37,298 bases of DNA from a virus (Duplodnaviria > Caudoviricetes), in the IMG/VR virus record IMGVR_UViG_3300032232_000062, positions 1-37,298 of that record; one strand, written 5' to 3'. Below are positions 32,812 to 37,298 of this stretch, in pieces. The translations under genes were made by a program, and so were the position numbers. The notes beneath the pieces are model-generated. The model ran no database searches and was not told where the DNA came from. It was given only the letters and a program-made list of their open reading frames with translations. Position 1 is the first letter of the stretch. Every line of letters begins with the position of its first letter.

Positions 32812-32860
32812 GTGAGGCTCCAAGAAAAGGAACTTCATCTTACGAACTGACAATTACCGT

Positions 32861-33052
32861 TTAATGAACTTTCATTAGCATCGTCAGCAGCATCATAATG
32901 ATGGCCCCGCCGCCCGTGATCAGAATCTGCTCTAGACGCTTGATCCGCGCGTGGATTCCGCGCGTCTCTTTCTCGATACCTTCGTACCGAATCGCGCAGA
33001 TGTCCACGTGGGCGTCAATCTTATGATCAACTTCAGATAATGTAACCATCAT
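32861..33052 (-). CDS. Small coiled-coil protein with C-terminal TM (XhlA-like architecture, 63 aa)
   Basis: HVDICAIRY...IKRLE then ILITGGGAIIMMLLTMLM. Confidence 0.7.
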   Translation of the reverse strand: MMVTLSEVDHKIDAHVDICAIRYEGIEKETRGIHARIKRLEQILITGGGAIIMMLLTMLMKVH

Positions 33053-34605
33053 GGAGCCAGTTGGTTTTGGTTTTCAGAATAAAGAGAGTTTAACGCAGCG
33101 CGTCCTGCAAATACAGGCACGTTTGCGCCAGCGCCTTCGATAATCTTTGGCCGCGCCCCAAGACGCATCTGGTTAGCCAGTCTGTTAATTTCTTGTTCGC
33201 GCCGTATGGTAGCCAACTCACGCGCGGCGTAGCCAGCGCCAGCGGTATATGCGCCGAACGGACTTACAACTGTAAAGATAGTTGACGCGGGTGTCAGTGG
33301 CGTGAACTTTCCTAACGTGCGAAGAATGTTCTGTGTAATACCGCCTTTAGCGGCGTCTTTAATAGCTTCCTGTTCATCTGGCGTAAAGAACCGCATTTTC
33401 TTTTCGTTCTTAGCCAGCGCCGACAACTGCGACGCCATGTTTCCTTCTTTGTTTCCTTGGGAAACGTCGGCGCGTTCGATGATGTCGATAATTAGCTCGC
33501 TTTTTTTCATCTTGGCGTAGTCAGACTTGGCAGTTTTCCAAGCCTCCAACGCCGCAGGATCGCGCACTATCAACGCCCGATTAGGGGCGTTCATCAAATA
33601 ATCATCAAACTCATCTAGTAGCCTACTTGCTATCAGACGTTCTTGTGGATCTGGACTTTTTGCTGCGCCCCCAATAACTTTTCTAAGGGCTTGCAACTCA
33701 ACAATATCTTTTGGCCGGTCAGATTTAAGTTGCGCCATCACCGCGTCAATTTTAGGTGACGTGCCTTCAGCGTAGCCAACTTCAGACCGCAGTTTGCTAG
33801 GTAGCGTGTCCATGTGCTGATTAAATTCTTTCCTGAAGAACTGAAAACCAGACTTATCTAACACGTTATACGCCGCGTCAGACTGCGCTTTTAGTTGCTC
33901 AGTTGACGGAACTGCTTCACGTTTTGTAGGCCGCAGACCCGCCGCGCCGCTAACCGCAGTTCCTGCGAGTAGACCCGCCAACGGATTATCCGTCGCCTCG
34001 GTTATGCCTTGTGCCGTAGCTGCCGAAACTGGCGCGGTAACAATCTGACCAACCGGCGCGCGCGCGGCTTCTCTACCCGCCGCACCAAACATTCCGGGCA
34101 TCGCCATAGCGCCGCGCCCAGTTGCTACCGATCCAACAGTACCCGCAAGCGCGTTAGTGGCCGCGCCAAGCATACGTTCACCAGAAGATTCTGGGCGGGG
34201 GCCGGGAAGGAAATTTGAAATAACTTGAGATGGTTTTCTCAGGTTACTGTCTGCAAGACGGTTGTAGCCTTCAACTAAAACATCGGCAGCGGGAATTGCC
34301 AAACCACCAACTAAACCACCTACCGCCGCGCCGACTGGACCAAACGGCGCTCCCATCAACGCGCCCGTTGCGGGACCAATCATTGCCTCGCTTGCAGATC
34401 GACCTACGATACCCGCTTTCCGTACCGCTTCTTCACCCATTGAAGGTTTGGGCGCAAGAAAATCAAGGATTTCGTTTGACTTGTACCCAGACGACAACGC
34501 TTCGCTTACGCGCTTGTCGCTTTGTTTTAGGAAGTCAACGATTTCATCGTCGTTGTATCCGCGCCGCCGCGCGGTGTTGATCTGCTCGCGAAATTGTTCA
34601 CTCAT
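33049..34605 (-). CDS. Putative ejection (DNA transfer) protein, gp16 position (518 aa)
   Basis: Gly/Ala hydrophobic segments and helical body; third gene of the ejection trio. Confidence 0.65.
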   Translation of the reverse strand: MSEQFREQINTARRRGYNDDEIVDFLKQSDKRVSEALSSGYKSNEILDFLAPKPSMGEEAVRKAGIVGRSASEAMIGPATGALMGAPFGPVGAAVGGLVGGLAIPAADVLVEGYNRLADSNLRKPSQVISNFLPGPRPESSGERMLGAATNALAGTVGSVATGRGAMAMPGMFGAAGREAARAPVGQIVTAPVSAATAQGITEATDNPLAGLLAGTAVSGAAGLRPTKREAVPSTEQLKAQSDAAYNVLDKSGFQFFRKEFNQHMDTLPSKLRSEVGYAEGTSPKIDAVMAQLKSDRPKDIVELQALRKVIGGAAKSPDPQERLIASRLLDEFDDYLMNAPNRALIVRDPAALEAWKTAKSDYAKMKKSELIIDIIERADVSQGNKEGNMASQLSALAKNEKKMRFFTPDEQEAIKDAAKGGITQNILRTLGKFTPLTPASTIFTVVSPFGAYTAGAGYAARELATIRREQEINRLANQMRLGARPKIIEGAGANVPVFAGRAALNSLYSENQNQLAP

Positions 34606-36080
34606 GGTTTTTTTGCACCAAAAATGTCTTTCAACGGCGTGCGGCTATCGTCTTTTGCTTGTTGAGACCGACTTTTACCTTCCCCAAGAGCTTGCGGCAT
34701 GGCCGCAGTCGGGGTGTAGTATTTAAACACGTCAGCGGCAGCGGGATCTGTTTTCATTGTATCTAGCAACGTCTTATGGTTAGACCACAACCGGCCAGCC
34801 AAACGCTGCGATACGTTAACAACAGTCTGAAGTTCCGCAAGAGTCATATCTTCAATTTTGCCAGACCGCGCGCGTTCCAACAGTTGAGTTTCTGTATCTG
34901 TAATTTGACCTTGGCCTCTCAACTCGGCGCGGCTTTGCAAAGTTAGGTCAGCCATACCTTGAATAGCGGTACGGGTAGCGGTCAACTTTTCTTTATCGCC
35001 AACACCGGCTAATTCAAGAACTTGAGCGAATTTAGTCCGTATACCAGCGCCGGGGCCAGCAATTACGTTGCCGGTGTTAAGAGCTTCGCGTACAGAATTC
35101 GCGGCGTTCATAATTTCCGTAGCACCTTCAGCTTTTACCAAAGATGCTTCGGCGCGCTGTCCAATCGGTGCGGCTAAACTTTTCCCGGCGGGTGTGTTTG
35201 TGGCGCTGACGTTTATGGTTGTAGTCGGTTTGGTAGCCATTCGAAATTTATCAAATGCCGCTTGTTGATCAGGCGTCATACTTATGTACGCATTAAACAA
35301 GCGTTGATCTGCTGGCATTCCTTCTGGCGCGGGAGGCGTCATCATGGACTCGCCGCCCAACATCAACAATCGATTTGGCTCAATCGATTGCATTTTCCTT
35401 AAAGCATTTACTTGTCCGCGAGCTTGTTCTGCGGCTTTTCCAAATTCTTTAGGGTCTCTAGCCGCTTGAGTTTCATAGTACCTAGCAAAGTTTTCTGCTC
35501 GGGCTAACTCGTTTTGTATCTGTTGCCTAAACGCATCAGGAATCAAAGCATTAGATGTTGCAGCGGCAGGGCTAAAATTCCCACCGCGTTCAGCAGTCCC
35601 TACAGTAACCCCCGCCATTCCCGGCGGCGCGTTTTGAAACGTGCGTGGGGCAGCACCTTCCGGCCCTGTTTCAAGCATTGAAACACTTAATGGCGCTACA
35701 CGCGACGTTGTTGCGACTGCTGCGGGTTGGGTTGGTTCTTCGGGGTTAAGTTTTTTGTACTCAGCTATTCGATCAAGACGATCAAGATGCTCTTGAATTG
35801 CGCCAGCAGCTTGCCTAATTTTAGCGTTTGGATGAGCAAGCATTTTTGGTACTGCTAATCGCAGTTCTGGCCCACCCTCTTGTGTAATTGTGTTCTGTAT
35901 GTTTGTCAAAAATGTTTTAGACTCGTTTTCACTTGCCAAATCCTGCTCACGGATTTGCCGCGCCGCTTTATAATTTCTAAGTTGTTCCATAGCAACAGCA
36001 TCCTGCAAAGGATCTGGCATATTGAACTTAGGCGCTTGGTAAGCGTTGACAATTGACGGGTCAAGAGGTCGAAGTGCCAT
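34602..36080 (-). CDS. Putative ejection protein, gp20 position (492 aa)
   Basis: Ala/Gln/Pro-rich helical ORF after the gp7-like gene; GQGQITDTE motif. Confidence 0.65.
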   Translation of the reverse strand: MALRPLDPSIVNAYQAPKFNMPDPLQDAVAMEQLRNYKAARQIREQDLASENESKTFLTNIQNTITQEGGPELRLAVPKMLAHPNAKIRQAAGAIQEHLDRLDRIAEYKKLNPEEPTQPAAVATTSRVAPLSVSMLETGPEGAAPRTFQNAPPGMAGVTVGTAERGGNFSPAAATSNALIPDAFRQQIQNELARAENFARYYETQAARDPKEFGKAAEQARGQVNALRKMQSIEPNRLLMLGGESMMTPPAPEGMPADQRLFNAYISMTPDQQAAFDKFRMATKPTTTINVSATNTPAGKSLAAPIGQRAEASLVKAEGATEIMNAANSVREALNTGNVIAGPGAGIRTKFAQVLELAGVGDKEKLTATRTAIQGMADLTLQSRAELRGQGQITDTETQLLERARSGKIEDMTLAELQTVVNVSQRLAGRLWSNHKTLLDTMKTDPAAADVFKYYTPTAAMPQALGEGKSRSQQAKDDSRTPLKDIFGAKKP

Positions 36081-36089
36081 GATTGACTC

Positions 36090-36824
36090 TTAGTATGGGT
36101 TTCCAACGCCGCCGGGAAGCACACTGCTAGTGTAGCTAGGCGTAGCTGCGTAAACTGGAGCGACGTTGCTTCCACCTCGACCGTACATATCGGATAAAGC
36201 ATTTGTACGCTGTGCGTACTGATACATTTGACCACCTTGACCAAGCGCACTAGATAGCGCATTCTGACCACCAAGATAACCAGATGCGCGGGCGCTTCCA
36301 ATGTCTTGCAAATTCTGACCCGTCTGTGCGCCGTACGCGCCGTATGCGTTAGTTAACGCGCCGGTTGCAGTTTGGCCTACCCCGGCCAAGGACTGAAGCG
36401 GGTTAAGTTGCGCGTTACGTTCAGTTTGGTAGCGATTGAACGCGTTCATGTACTCTTGCGACCCCATCTCTTGACCGTAGCGTTGCGCTCCTTTGAGCGT
36501 AGCGCCTGATAGCAAGCCACCACGCGAAGCCGCAGTACGGTCCAACGCTTTCATACCTTCAGACAACCGAAAAGCGTAACCCGGATCTTGTTGGAACTGA
36601 TCCATACCAAACTTGGTATAGTCACTAAGCGGGATCAGCTTGTTGAGCGCGCCAATACCTGCCTGACGAAACGGTTCTTGCAGTTCAACTTGCTTGTTGA
36701 ACATCCGTTCTTGAGCATCTTGAGCGGATTGAGTCGCTTGCGCTTGTACATCGGCAGCTTTGCTGGCCGATTTAGAACCTAAATATCCTGCGGCAACAGT
36801 AGCGGCGGCTATCCATCCAGCCAT
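36090..36824 (-). CDS. P22 gp7-like DNA transfer protein (244 aa)
   Basis: Hydrophobic N-terminus; QEPFRQAG, DPGYAFRLSEG and GGLLSGATLKG motifs. Confidence 0.8.
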   Translation of the reverse strand: MAGWIAAATVAAGYLGSKSASKAADVQAQATQSAQDAQERMFNKQVELQEPFRQAGIGALNKLIPLSDYTKFGMDQFQQDPGYAFRLSEGMKALDRTAASRGGLLSGATLKGAQRYGQEMGSQEYMNAFNRYQTERNAQLNPLQSLAGVGQTATGALTNAYGAYGAQTGQNLQDIGSARASGYLGGQNALSSALGQGGQMYQYAQRTNALSDMYGRGGSNVAPVYAATPSYTSSVLPGGVGNPY

Positions 36825-36835
36825 AATATTTCTCC

Positions 36836-37298
36836 TTATCCGAATTCAACAATAAGCGGTTTATGCTCAAACGCGCTTATGGCGACATCTGTAGCAATGG
36901 CTTTTTCTACGCCAAAATCTAGCAACATGGAGCGGTACGCAATCATAGCTTTTTGCTCCTCTGTTCGGCTGTCGCCAAGCCCCCACTCAGGCACAACGTA
37001 CAACCTGTTGTCAAGCGTCGTAACATCCGTGCAGTCATCTGGGTTGTCGTAAACGTCTATCCAAACCACCTCATCTTCAAACACACGCCCCGCTCGCTGA
37101 GTGCCTGCTGGCGCGTCAAATTCGCAAGGTCCAGTTAAAGTCTTTACGCCATCGTCAGTTGTGACGGCAATCGTGCCTTTTTCTAGCCGAACTCGATACG
37201 CTACTTTGTGTTCTGCCCCGGTCAACACAGTCCAAGGCGGTATAGTAATTTTTCGCTCGTAAACACCGGGTAAAAATACGTGCTCAGTCACAATGTCG
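36836..37298 (-). CDS. 3' part of the junction-spanning cupin-like protein
   Basis: HVFLPGVYERKITIP...LTGAEHK...GPCEFDAPAGTQR resembles a cupin beta-barrel; continues from 218->1. Confidence 0.8.
   Translation of the reverse strand, partial: DIVTEHVFLPGVYERKITIPPWTVLTGAEHKVAYRVRLEKGTIAVTTDDGVKTLTGPCEFDAPAGTQRAGRVFEDEVVWIDVYDNPDDCTDVTTLDNRLYVVPEWGLGDSRTEEQKAMIAYRSMLLDFGVEKAIATDVAISAFEHKPLIVEFG
37176..37298. repeat. Terminal direct repeat, copy 2 (circular-assembly overlap)
   Basis: Identical to 1-123. Confidence 0.97.

Larger units (their letters stand above)
1..37298. mobile_element. Complete circularly assembled tailed dsDNA phage genome (P22-like virion genes, APSE-like PolA replication module)
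   Basis: Terminase, portal, scaffold, coat, tail hub, fibres, lysis and replication genes are all present. The ends share an exact 123-bp overlap and one ORF reads across the junction. Confidence 0.96.

Overview
This window is an apparently complete phage genome assembled as a circle: 37,175 bp of unique sequence, with bases 1-123 repeated exactly at 37176-37298. The virion module is P22-like (short-tailed): TerS, TerL, portal, scaffold, gp5-type coat, gp4/gp10-like tail hub and three ejection-type proteins. The replication module is APSE/SPO2-like: family A DNA polymerase (L762 type), primase-SF3 helicase, SSB-like protein, Cas4-like exonuclease, VRR-NUC and SNF2 helicase. There is also a GH108 endolysin/holin lysis cassette and a short early operon behind a near-consensus sigma70 promoter. 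I recognised no integrase, repressor, tRNA, CRISPR array or reverse transcriptase. A Gram-negative, probably proteobacterial, host is inferred. The points most worth following up are: (1) an ~8 kb multi-fibre cassette between portal and scaffold, whose proteins carry short tandem peptide motifs (YLxTExGD, DGGTP, FFxGxFFxGGFF) that may be docking sockets for a branched receptor-binding apparatus; (2) a truncated two-domain beta-clamp homologue in the early operon; (3) 11 CGGCCG palindromes within ~1.85 kb, with about one elsewhere; (4) an origin-like region of direct and inverted repeats; (5) probable leaderless genes and several unannotated microproteins. All family assignments come from recognising motifs by eye, not from database searches.
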